Assembly (NCBI RefSeq): GCF_037042905.1
Contig: NC_087251.1
Location: 25,670,001-25,734,000 of the forward strand
Direction: 5' to 3'
Origin: Lytechinus pictus
Lineage: Eukaryota
Length of the DNA: 64,000 bases
Position 1 is the stretch's first letter. Each line of letters opens with the position of its first letter. The translations under genes and the position numbers were made by a program. The notes below the pieces were generated by a model. It made no database searches and was not told the DNA's origin. It worked only from the letters and a program-made list of their open reading frames with translations. Shown one piece after another: positions 49,450 to 61,019 of this stretch.

Positions 49450-50990
49450 ACATCATGGACTAAACGTATCTTCTGGGCAGGACAAGTGCTCTTTTGTACT
49501 TGAAGCCTAAAGTTACTGCATACCAGTCATAATCTCATTCTTCATTTGCATAATAATGTGGTACTTTGATGTTAAAATCCAGGGGTTTCCACACACTAAA
49601 TCCTTTTCAAAAACATACTGTAGTAACTTGAGATATTGGTGAATATCCTGAAAGCGATATTAGCTTGAAACTCTGAATTTTGTTTTTTAACTCCAATGCT
49701 CACTTTAACTGATCAGGCTCAGGAGGAGATCGTGATCTACCATGTCAAAAGCTTATCTAAAATCTAGTAATATAGCAATCACAATATTTCCGTCTTCTAT
49801 GTTTTTAAGCCAGTCATTGGTTACATGTTAAAGTGCTGTGGTTGTAGAGTGAAGTGGTCTGAAGCCTGATTGAAGCTTGTTAATTATTTCATTATTATTT
49901 AGATATTCATAAACTTGATTGAATACTATTTTGTCTACAATCTTTGTTGAAATTGGATGGATTGATATTGGCCCATAGTTAGATGTTTCTTTCGTTCCAC
50001 TTGTATGCAATGCCCAACTGGAGCAACTTTCCAGTTTTCTGGAACAATTCCATAAGTTATTGACAAATTTAGCATATGTATGTGTTAGTGGTTCTTTTAT
50101 GTAGGACATTACTAGTTTGATCAATCTAATCGATAGAGGGTCATTTCCCATTGCCTTGTCATTAGCTAAAATTACCTGTCTGTTTTGAAATAGTATTTGA
50201 TGCGACCAGAGTAAATTCAAAGCAACAATTCAAAACAGGTTTGTTTACATAAAAGTATGGATGGGTGTCAAAATCCACTCTAATCTTGTTGGCTAAATCT
50301 GGCCCTATGTTAATAAACTATTTTTAGTTCATGAGCGATTAGTTGAGCATCATTAATTTCTCCTGAGTCTGTCATTAAGGATATAATCGTTTTACAATTC
50401 TTTTTCATTACATTGAATCTCATTTCCATTTTCCTCATTCTCGTCAAGATTTACTGATTCCTTGGAGCTAATATAGTGTATTCGCGGTCTGCAGGCAGTC
50501 CATCCAATCTCGTGGAAACACCCTGCCCTTTGGAGTCCTCTTCCTGCAATGCCAGTCTTGCAGACAGTGAAAAGGCGGTGTGTCATCTTTGATCGTCGCC
50601 CGGATGTGCTGGGCAAGAATTTGTGCAAAGAATTTTTATTGCATGAGTGTTGAGATGTAAGTCATCTACGGCGAGTTGAGTGTTGATATCTATGCAGTCG
50701 TCAATTATGCTCCACGCTCGCCGATTGGCCAGAAGTTTTGGTCAGCATTTACACGATGAGGCTTCCAAGAGATTGTCTCCAAGGCCTGTTTACGATGGAT
50801 CAGTTGATATTGTAACTTTCCTGAGCTCTCCAAAGGATTTTTGCATATTGCTGCAGAGAGATGTCAATTTGGCAACAATTTTGTTAGGCTCGTCATCAAG
50901 GTGGACAATGATCTCTGATCTTAGACATTGTCTTTAACCACTAGATCATTGGCTGTATCAAATGCATCATCTAGTTCCTCCACCACTTTG
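49450..50990 (-). mobile_element. Decayed, internally deleted CR1/L2-group LINE (ORF1 SGNH-esterase remnant plus RT start)
   Basis: RT: SNYGPISIHP..KIVDKIVFNQVYEYL..Q SGFRPLHSTTTAL*HVTNDWL..LLDFR*AFDMVDH (~49735-50220). ORF1-like: EIIVH...KVTIS...WSIID..LAVDDLHLN (~50620-50920). Confidence 0.8.
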
Positions 50991-51009
50991 GATCTTGACT
51001 TGCTTTTAT

Positions 51010-51220
51010 TCTCCTTTCACATAGTCATAGTCGAGCAATCCTATTTCTAATTTCCTGTCAGGCTTTTCTGCATTTCTGCTCCCTTTTTTTTTCTTCCTCA
51101 TATGAATTGAAGAAGTTTGACACCTGCAGAATGCCCTTGTAGAAAGACTATCTCCGAAGGTTGTAAGGTGATTCCTTAAGGTGTCATCGTCGATTTCCAG
51201 CAGAACAATGCAGTCAATCT
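51010..51220 (-). pseudogene. Decayed exon resembling the SAM-like N-terminus of repeat-borne G2E3/HECT-like genes
   Basis: cag|IDCIVLLEIDDDTLRNHLTTFGDSLSTRAFC...KKKGSRNAEKPDRKLEIGL. Family recognised from memory only. Confidence 0.35.
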
Positions 51221-51339
51221 GAGAAGGAAAAAAGACCCATTTATAAGAAAGGATATTAGAAATCATTAGTTAATAAACCTCAAACTATTACTCATAGCAT
51301 TATAATTGGATGGAATCACAAACCCTTCAGTTATGGTTT

Positions 51340-51590
51340 TCATTGAAATAAGATGTCCCTTCCCAGTTTCCGTATATGACAGATGTCCAAGAAGGCACAG
51401 ACTTCATGCGCTGGGTTTAGTGGATAAGGAAATGTTAGGCAAAAGTTAAGCATCTTTGTGGTAGCACCTAGACTATCCAACATTGTTATGTGACATGACG
51501 GGCCATCACATGTGAGCGATGATACCATTATCCAAGCATCTGCGAGTTTACTAAGGCATTGCTGTGTCAGGTTTGCATGGTAATAAGAAT
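51340..51590 (-). pseudogene. P-element/THAP9-type transposase fragment
   Basis: ANLTQQCLSKL....VSSLTCDGPSCH..ML.SLGA...FPYP.....FLDICH.RKL.R, including catalytic-D motifs TCDG and D..H..K..R. Confidence 0.85.
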
Positions 51591-52169
51591 AATAATTTGA
51601 TATTTTTCGTACATCTGCCACATAAATATACTACTGCGTATACAGAACAACAATATTTTAATTGATTGCGATTGAAAGGATTTTATCAATGCGCAAGCGA
51701 ACGACTTTAATCCCATATCCCATATTTTCTTGCAGCGCTATAGCGCATATGCAGCATGACGATCGGGACAGGCTGACTTCCTTTGAAATTAAGATTTTTA
51801 ATCCTACAGCCGAAATATCGTCAAGACTTCCATATGTCCCCTCCACTAGATTTGAAAAAAAAATATGGATGTGGCCAATATTGATGCCAGAAACACAAAT
51901 CCGATAATAAAAAAGTGAGAGAAATTTTATTTCAAAGATTTAGAGCCATATTTGTATATGTACAGACACAAATGTACATGTACATGATATGGCTATCAAA
52001 AAAAACAATTGTGTGTAGTTCTGTGATCATTATTGCCCATATGTATCTTGGTGGAGGGTTAGGCTTAGGGTTAGTGTGTAGATAATTTAATTGAGTTCAC
52101 TAACCATTTACTTGTTTGAGTTATACAATTCTGCTGCGTCACTAAGTAATCTCTCAAATAAATCCTTGT

Positions 52170-52670
52170 CCCTATGATGCTGTCACCACATGTACTCCAC
52201 AAGGTCAGTCCAGATGCCAATTTCCTCTGAGTTATGTTTCACTCAACTGTCTTCACTTGCCACCATAAACCTTCAATAATGGTATGTTCACTTGTTCAGG
52301 ATCAATGAAGAGTAATGAGTGATTAATAGCAAAGTGATTAAATCTTTGTAATCCTAGCTGATCATATGCTTTCAGCAGTCGATGATGATAGTAGAACCAG
52401 CTTTGATATGCTCTAGAATTAGTGGTTCTAGGGTTGCTCTCTCTCTTATTGTCTTTCAACGGAACAAAAAAAATTGTCTTGTCTCGGCAGATGCCTCCAA
52501 ACACCCTCTGCCCTTCAATGGCATGCCCCCAATGATACTTTCGTTTCCCAAACTTTGATTCATCAATCTCTACTGTCAGACCAGGTCCTCCAATAGGATG
52601 GTTGCAGTTCAATTTGTTTGTGATGACCCACTCATAGACTTCCCGACAGTAATTATAGTAATCACTGGCT
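52170..52670 (-). pseudogene. Merlin/IS1595(ISXO2)-type transposase fragment
   Basis: DYYNYCREV...IGGPGLTVEIDESKFGKRKYH.GH..EGQ.VFGGICR...FFVP, then after a frameshift KAY..L...FNH..INHS..FIDP. Confidence 0.9.
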
Positions 52671-52674
52671 GTTT

Positions 52675-53103
52675 CTGTCAAAGTAGTGACTACTCGTCTC
52701 GAAGAAATTGGCTCAGTATTAGCAGAAGAAGTTGAACTAGAAGTAGAGAGCACAGCAGGAGGTGAAGCAGCAGAAGGTGAAGCAGAAATAGACATAGCAG
52801 CAGTTAATAAGCAGAAGTGGAAGTGGAACTGGCAAGAATGGCTGATGATCTCTCACTCTCTGAATTAGTCTCTGCTGAAGAGGAAGAATCTCCAGAAGGA
52901 ATGCTGGTTTTGTGTATTGCTGCAGCGAATGGAACTATATGGATGAAACAATATACAAGAAGACTTTGACGGATGCTTGAATTAGATTGTTTGAACTAGG
53001 TTCCATGCCAGATGGAAATCTGATGTCTCTTAATCGATCTCCTGCACTTCTGTGTGTTACTTTGAAACCTAGCTTCAAATCTTCGTCGTTTCTCTCGATG
53101 AAT
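52675..53103 (-). pseudogene. Decayed exon with a UBX-like motif and Ser/Ala-rich tract
   Basis: ttcag|..FIERNDEDLKLGFKV..DIRFPSG..FQASVKVFLY followed by Ser-rich low complexity. RFPxG recalls UBX domains. Confidence 0.3.
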
Positions 53104-53744
53104 CTGAAAAAAGAGAAGATAAAACAATAATCATTACACTACTATACATATACACTATTAGTAAAAATACGATATCAAACTAAGTTTTGATCAGCAAGGT
53201 CACTTTATCAACTAGACGCCTGCAGTTAGAACACCTTACAGATTTGGTGATGAGACCAAGTGTTTGTGCAAAATTAATTGCAGAATCCTCGTCCTTGACG
53301 CTTTGCGATAATGGAAAGAGTTTATCCCTTTGACTTGACTGTGTCCTTTTTTACATACTTTCATTTTCTGAAGGAGTTGGTGATTAAAATTGACAATTGA
53401 AAGATCATCTTTATCTCACACTCTTTGCAATATGGTAGGATTAAATGAGTCAATATGATAGTGGATTATGTGATAATCAAATTTAGGAAAGTCTGAAGTT
53501 GCACACAGCAAGCTACAACAGATAAATTTTGTTTTCCAAAACCTCTCACGTAACACATAAAATCTCTGTAGTGTTTTTGAAGGTCGCGCAATATCAATCA
53601 TGTCACCACTAAAGTAATTATCTTTCATACCCACTATTAAGTCTCGGTCTTTAGTCATTATACTAAAACATGTACATGGGGGCGATTTTGGTCCCAAAAT
53701 GTGAAAAAAGCCCCCTTGACAAACAGACAAAAAAAAATTTTTTA

Positions 53745-54430
53745 CCATGGCATGGCTCGGGTCGTTTCATCACTTGCATGGTGTCAGGGATCTTCACATG
53801 CAGGAAGTAATGAAAGTAATTTTTGCAAGGTTAGGGCATTATGAGGAACATTCCTTTTGCTTACAAATCAGCTCTATCATCATGACACTTGACTTACCTG
53901 CCATTTCTCAATTTAAAATCATCTGCAGCTTCATCTTCACCACTTTCCTCCACGCCAGTACAAACATGAATACCTTGTCACACGCCATCACTTTTGTGTA
54001 AGTGGTCAAGAAACTTCTTGGCAAATTTGCTACACCCTCTTCCATGCTGACCCATTTAGCTACATACTCTACTCTTTCGATGGCTTTTATCACATGATGA
54101 TATGACTTTGCTCTCAGTGTTCGAAAAATGGATTTGGTGGGCTTAAAACTCTCTGTAGCACTGAAATCAATATCAGGGGATTTGAGCCTTTGCGCAGCTT
54201 GGGGCAGGGATGACCAGAAGTCTGTGGGTATGACGCAAAGTGCGTCATTGGTGATAAGCCAGTCAGTCCGCAAATCACACTGTGAGTGCGGTATTGTGAT
54301 TGGTTATTTATTTCCACTGATGAAACAAGGAAATCTTAGCAGTTTTTGTGTTGAACAGTTTCTTCAGAAAATGTGCAGGTTTTGTTTCTGACGAGTTCCA
54401 CAAATAACTTTAGTTATTCATGGCTAGATA
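53745..54430 (-). pseudogene. Decayed hAT-type transposase C-terminal fragment
   Basis: QRLKSPDIDFSA....K.TKSIFRTLR and later CPNLAKI followed by an eroded C/ERS-like segment, as in hAT dimerisation regions. Confidence 0.45.
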
Positions 54431-56103
54431 CATTGAGTCACGAAAGAAAAAGCACCTCTGCACGCAGTCTATTAGGAGAAATTTGACTTAGAAGAGGTAT
54501 AGCACATATTTTTAATAATCTTGTCTATGTAAATTTATATTTGACTTATTGATATGGAAAGTTGACTTAAGGGGCGTTGCAAGAAACTTGCGATCAATTG
54601 CAAGTCTATTTTCGTTCCCAAAATCAAGCATATGCCTTGCAACACCCCCTAAGGCAGAGTTACCTGTACTTTTTATACTAACATGTAAAAACACTTGGGT
54701 GGGCATGTTGGTTCTGTTTTCATTTCAATTAACGATTGTTGCCACAACTGCAATTTGTTTGAAATAGTTTCTCAATACTTTATTGAATTAGGGATCCCAT
54801 GAGGTAAACATTTATATTACCTATTCTACGATGCCAAGGCAGCATGTGATGTCCAAATATATTAGATGCTAAAGAAGGTCATGCTTTCTTTTTCTTCATT
54901 GTTTTTTCAATTGTGTTCTTTAATCATAAATTTCTGTAATTTTCTGGGGGGTTTTCACGTTGTTTCTGGTTGTTTTTGTATTTTATTTGCTCAATTTTAT
55001 ATCACTGGCCGATTTCCAAGGGTGAAAAGTTATGTCTGAACAAAAGTAGTGGGAGAGTTTGCATTTTGGATGCATTACTACTTCATCGTCTGGAATGAAA
55101 GTGACTGCATATTATACAGAGATGCCAGTATAGTTTACATTATTTGTTAATTGGCGACGATAGCATGTAATAAAGTATCACCAGTCGTTCCTAAAGTCGC
55201 TTGTAACTTTGATATGAACGATCGATAAGAAACACCCACCTGAAACTTTTAGTCAGTGTATGCTAACGTATGTATGGCAAGCCTCTTTGAATGTTTGATC
55301 CCATTTCTTGCTGTTAACATCAAGTAATAGAATTATATGGTGAAATTGCTTGTTATGCATAAGATGGCATGTGATGGCTGAAATGTTCAGGAAGGACAGC
55401 CCCTTGAGCAAAGTTAGAACTCATAAAGGCAAAATTTTGAGCTTGTTTGACTATGTATAATTCGTATTTCATCATTGTTTATCTCGATTACTTGAAAGGT
55501 ATTACAATAAAGATAAAGCAAGTTACTTCTTGTTCTTGTACAATGTGTCTTTCATTCTTATCAGTTACTATTATATGAGATCTCATTTCAAATTTTAATT
55601 TTAATTTAAAATTAAAAGACTACATCGAAATATAACTTAAAAGAGACGAGATATGCTTTCAAAATCTCATGAAAAATATCTTCCACTTTGGTGATTATTC
55701 GGCTTGGAGTAGGCTTGACTGTAATTAAAGGTTCTAGAGTGTTACATGTTTGAATTTATCTGTTTATTAAAAAAATAAAAACAGAGAATCACCTCTATTT
55801 TAAAGCTAGCTTCTTTCAACTCACAAATTTGTGGGCAATTTTCAAACATTGTGATTGCTACCCTCGTCTGCCGTCTTTGAATTCATATATGATCGTTCTT
55901 GATTGATCAAAACCTCTTGTATCAGAATCGTCCCTGAGCCCAGTAACACCAAGGGTAGTGATTAATCACTAAGTGAAATGGCCTATCAAGATCATCGTTG
56001 CATGCATATTCTGCAGAGTAGACTAACTAGGAACCAATCAGAAGTGTTCTTTCAAATTAGCAATTAATCGCTAATCTTTGTGTTATGGGGCCCAGATTGG
56101 TTT

Positions 56104-56690
56104 AAAAGAGAATGAAATCCAAAGAACAAGTTAGCTTTTGTAAAAGCAGAAAAATCAAAGAATAAGATCAACGAAAGTTTGAGTAAAATTGAACAAACAA
56201 TAAGAAAGTTACGAGCATTTGAATGTCGAGACCACTAATCCTATGGAGATCCTCCCTTTGGCAATGCGACCAAGATCTGTGATATCACAGATGTACAACT
56301 CTCCCCTTTGGACACTGAAAATATACCCAAACAAAAATCTTTTTTACTCATTCTTATGATAGGACAAACAATTCATCCATGATACATTGTTGTGAAACGT
56401 ATTACATGTCCTCGATAAAAAGAACATTGCTGATCTTGTTATACACTAGATAAAAGAGACAATTTAAGTGAAATATGTACTCAAGTAATAGGGAAGTTGA
56501 ATTTCTGGGACATCACTGATCTTGGTTGCATTGCCAATGGGAGGATCTACATAGCATTAGTGATCTCAATATTCAAATGCTCATAACTTTTTAAATATTC
56601 ATTCAATCTTCCTAAAACTTTCATCGATCTCTGTTTCTTTGATTTTTCTCTTTTATATGAATTCATCTGGTTTCAAGGCTTTCATTCTCC
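56104..56690. mobile_element. Kolobok-like MITE (degenerate)
   Basis: ttaa-aagagaatgaaa ... tttcattctcct, with internal inverted block ttggcaatgcgaccaagatc / gatcttggttgcattgccaa. Confidence 0.55.
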
Positions 56691-56963
56691 TCGCATTTAC
56701 TACGGAGAAACTCTCTACAACTCATCGATTCCTTTGAAAATGCAATTAAAATCACAATAGGGAGCTGAAAGGCTTTTGTCAAAAGTTGGTGCAGCAGATC
56801 ATCCGAAGATTTGCACCGGACAAACATTTGCAAATATGTCGATGTCCAGAGTCAAGAGATCCACCAACTTTCAACAAAAGCCTCTCAGCTGCTCTCCATT
56901 GTGATTTGACTTGCATTTTCAAAGGAATTGGTGCGTTGTAGAGTGTCTCCATTGTAAATGCGA
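56691..56963. mobile_element. Palindromic MITE with ~100-bp imperfect arms
   Basis: TCGCATTTAC..ATTCCTTTGAAAATGCAA..AAATCACAAT / ATTGTGATTT..TTGCATTTTCAAAGGAAT..GTAAATGCGA. Confidence 0.7.
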
Positions 56964-58486
56964 AAAGTCCGGAATATCAGTTGTTTCATATCTATAAGAA
57001 TAAAAATGCATACAGGCAAGTTGTGTCAATGATGCTTTATTCAGTATCATAAATGCTATACATTTTGCTTTGTTTTCAGATCACAAGCGGTGATACCCCA
57101 TTACAGCCAAGGCTGAAAAGAAAGACAAGTTATTTGAAATTCCTACATTGTTACAAAAGGTTTAATAATCTAGCCTTCTATCTAGACATAGAATTTTGAG
57201 ACCTGAAAATAACCTTCATGGGTTTGATAGATCAGACCTGTGGTAAATATATTAAAATTTTATAATCAATTTTAATTTTTAACACAGGTTCTTAACACCC
57301 AAAAGCTTACTATACATATTATAGTTGAACCCAGGAAAGAAACATCCATTGAATTTAAATCACTCGCTAAACAGACTAATATGGATACATTCAGATGGTA
57401 TGCATAAACATTGTTCTTAAAAAAAATTAAAGTTGCCAATTTGATCAGTGGTATTTCACTATAAAAATGGTGAAAAGGATGAAGAAGCAAATAAAAACAA
57501 ACTCCTCGGTGTACCAGTACTCTGCACAATGGCTCTGATAAACAAAATAACATCCCTTCTTTGCTATTATGTAAAACATGTAGAACAGGTGTCTCATACA
57601 TTTGTACATCCTACATATGTTATGTAATAGGCATTGAGCATGCTCTTTTGTCTTCCATTGTTTTTAAACCTGTCTACCAAGGGACCTTGCCAAAACAAAG
57701 AGAGTCTTCTCTTGTATTTCTACAAGCAGATTTTCATTATAAATCATCACAGTCGACTTAGACAGAACGATGGGGACTGCAAGAAAGCTGCAATGAAAAT
57801 ACACATAGTATCCTCGTATTGGGATTTCTGCTGAGAGACAAGAGACTTCAGACAAGTTGCCTATAGTTGGTGATACACATACATCAAAAGTGGACTGAGG
57901 CTGACGTTGGAGGCGGCTTGACTGATGTGCAACACTCCCCTTTTCCAAAGAGGTAATTTTACATTGCACTTTACACCAATAGAGTTGTACAGTTCCTAAT
58001 AGTAATACTAGCAGGTTACTGGTTCCATTCCTTGATACAAGTGGTTATAAAATAATTCAAGAAAACAGTTCTTATTCAAGGATGATGGATATGATTTTGT
58101 TAACCTGTATTGTTATTATGTATCTGAGAGTTAAGGGCAGAAATATATCTTTTATTTGGCAAAATTGAGGGCAAGCACTAAATATTGAATATGAAAATCA
58201 AACAATGAAATGCAACTACATGTATTAACTACATTTGACATATGTCGAATTGGTTTGTAAAACTTTGTCAGTATTGCCCTATGCTTTCAGAATCAGATTG
58301 TCAAGATCAACCTTTGTTTGAAAAGTATGATCTTGGAGAATAAGATCATGCCTTCATTGTTGATATGTAAAGTAGATTAGGTCAATATGCAAGAGACACC
58401 CGTTAAAAATATTTCACAATGAGAAGTTATGTCTTTTCCTGTAATAGAGCAGTTTATAAAAATATTCAAATTGTATGCATACTAAT

Positions 58487-59597
58487 AAAACAAAGATTTT
58501 CTTGACCATCTAAGAGCTGGCCATGGGCTCACCCAAAACAAGTATTATACATGGTAGTTTATTACTTAGGGGTAAATAGAACACACACCTTTTGTGAAAC
58601 TTATAATTCTCTTCACATGGCAAACCATTACATTGTTACTGCAATTATTACAGCTTTTTCAACAAAATTACAGCATTATGGCTTTTCTTCATCCACCACA
58701 GAGCTTAATTTCAGGTTACTAGACCAAGGTCAGAGGTCATTAGGGTCGATAAACTGGTATCAACTTAAAATGATAGCCAAAGTTACACATTGTGAATTTT
58801 GAAAGTAGAAGTCCTTTATTTATAAAACTCATTTAATGGTTTTCAAGTATAAGCAAATAGACAAATGTAATTTCAGGTCACAAGGTAAAAGGTCATTTCA
58901 GGTCAACATACGGTTTTCGGGTTACACTATACAGATTTTCATTTCCATAGGTTGGCATGTGTGCCTTGTACACTAAAACAGGAAATAATTTCAACATATA
59001 AAAAAAACATGAGCTCTTGAAAAACATCAAATGTACATAAATGATAATGGAAATGTTTTGAAGAAATTATAAACATTAGAACTTACAAAAAAAAAAACAT
59101 TGGAAGGGGGATAAAAAAAATTGTCAACTCGGCGTAGGAAATGTCTCAGATGTATTTCAAATTGATTTTTACCTGAAAAGAATTTTGAAATTCCGTCAAC
59201 AAATAAAGAAGAGGCATTTTCTGTGATTTATGAATTTCCCATAAATTAGCATTTTCAAAATTCTGGGTAGAAGTTTGGTGGACCTCACGAAGCTCTACCA
59301 GATGGAAGAAAAAAAATCAAAATCGGTCAACAAATGAAGGAGAAAAAGCATTTTATATGAATTTTTAGAATACGCATAAATTTATTTTGCATATATTAGC
59401 ATAAAAAATTTTCTCGTCAAAATTTCAAAATTCTGTGTAGAAATTTGGTGAAGAGGTTTTGAATCCCACACCTAGTGCTATCGAAAAGCTAACAGAATTG
59501 AAATCGGACTTGAAATGACGAAGAAGAAGCATTTTGATATCGTGGACGGACGCCATGCCACAAGCTCATCTGGCCCTTTGGGCCGGATGAGCTAAAA
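58487..59597 (+). mobile_element. Helentron-associated non-autonomous element (left boundary approximate)
   Basis: Repeated aggtca motifs, ggacggacg, terminal hairpin agctcatctggccc-ttt-gggccggatgagct plus aaaaa. Confidence 0.55.
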
Positions 59598-60073
59598 ACC
59601 AAGAACAGGACCAAGGCCATATAATCGTCCTCCAGCAACACTGGTGTGTACATTTTTTTCAACAAAAAAATTTGAAAAACTTGTTGGCAATGGCAATTGA
59701 TCAAGGTGGATTGTCAAAAGGAATTTTACTTCATTTTACCTGAAGGGTACATGAAAGTAGAAATGTTTTGGAATCAAACATTTTCAAATGATTGAGAATT
59801 GAAATAAACTAAGCCTTATTGTTATATCAGCAAAGGAATGTCTCAAATGGAATTTACTTGATTTTACCAAAAAAGGTATAGCAAAGTAGAAGCGATTTTT
59901 TTTCACACAAATTTGAAAACTTCTTGGAAATGGATATGCATGAAGCTGAACTGTCAAATTATCAAGAGGAATGTCTTCTAAAATTGCCCTGGTGCCCAAA
60001 TTTCAAAATGACTCGAACTGATAAAACTCAACTTAACATGTAAATTTCAGAAAGCAAGCACTCCTCTGGAAGA

Positions 60074-60335
60074 AATAACAAATGATGTGAAATGTATAAA
60101 TTTCGCAGAAGGAAACAAAATGGGGGAATGGCAATATGGCACACAAATTAAATTGAACTGTTAATAACAAATGATGTGAAATGTATTTCGCAGAAGGAAA
60201 CAAAATGGGGGAATGGCAATATGGCACACAAATTAAATTGAACTGTTAATAACAAATGATGTGAAATGTATTTCGCAGAAGGAAACAAAATGGGGGGCAT
60301 GACATTATGGAACATGAATTAAATTGGAATGTTAA
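60074..60335. repeat. 85-89 bp tandem repeat, 3 copies
   Basis: aataacaaatgatgtgaaatgtat..ttcgcagaaggaaacaaaatggggg starts at 60074, 60163 and 60248. Confidence 0.93.
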
Positions 60336-61019
60336 TTTCTACATTGACTATAGCATACAGTACTTGCCAACCAATCATTGTACAGAGGAGCATTCTAAAG
60401 AAGGAAATGAGAAATAGGCATTTTTCCAAAATAGTTTTGCTATCTCTGGACTCTGAACTTGCAGAAAGTACAAACTTGTAGCAGCTCATAGCCCAATTTC
60501 ATCACATCAAAACAAAGTGGCCTTCGTTGAGTGGCCTTTTTGCAGCTTCAGCATCCTTTATAAACAATACTGGCTTTAGCTTTATGACACTGATTCAAAC
60601 AAACACTTACCCTATTTTAATACTTCTAGAAAGTAGATGGCACTATAAATTCCTATTATATTCATTAATATAAGTAGAAATATTAGAAATGAATTATACA
60701 AAGCTCTTGCGTTTAAACAAATCTTCATCTTGTGACTTAGAGAGGTTGGCAGGCATGGTATGTATATCCACAACATTCACAAAATGTTGGAACAGCTAAA
60801 TGCTTGTGAACACAAAAAATAAAATTATCTATAACTTTTACATAAACATTTCTCATGATAGTCTTCCCATTCCCTGATGTATATAAAACTCAGATAAACG
60901 CATGGTGTGTACTTACATTATAATTTTCTTGATCTTATCTCTACACATTTGTTTAAAAAAAATCATACACTTGCTCAAAGCAGATATACAAATATTTTCT
61001 ATATAGCTGTGCTTTACCT

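Noticed and set aside
52056..52075. Telomere-like gggttaggcttagggttag
   Set aside because: Too short and degenerate to call an interstitial telomere or a telomerase RNA template.
44330..54430. A single giant composite transposon or an active multi-gene system
   Set aside because: No shared terminal repeats or TSD were found, the superfamilies are mechanistically unrelated, and nearly all frames are broken.
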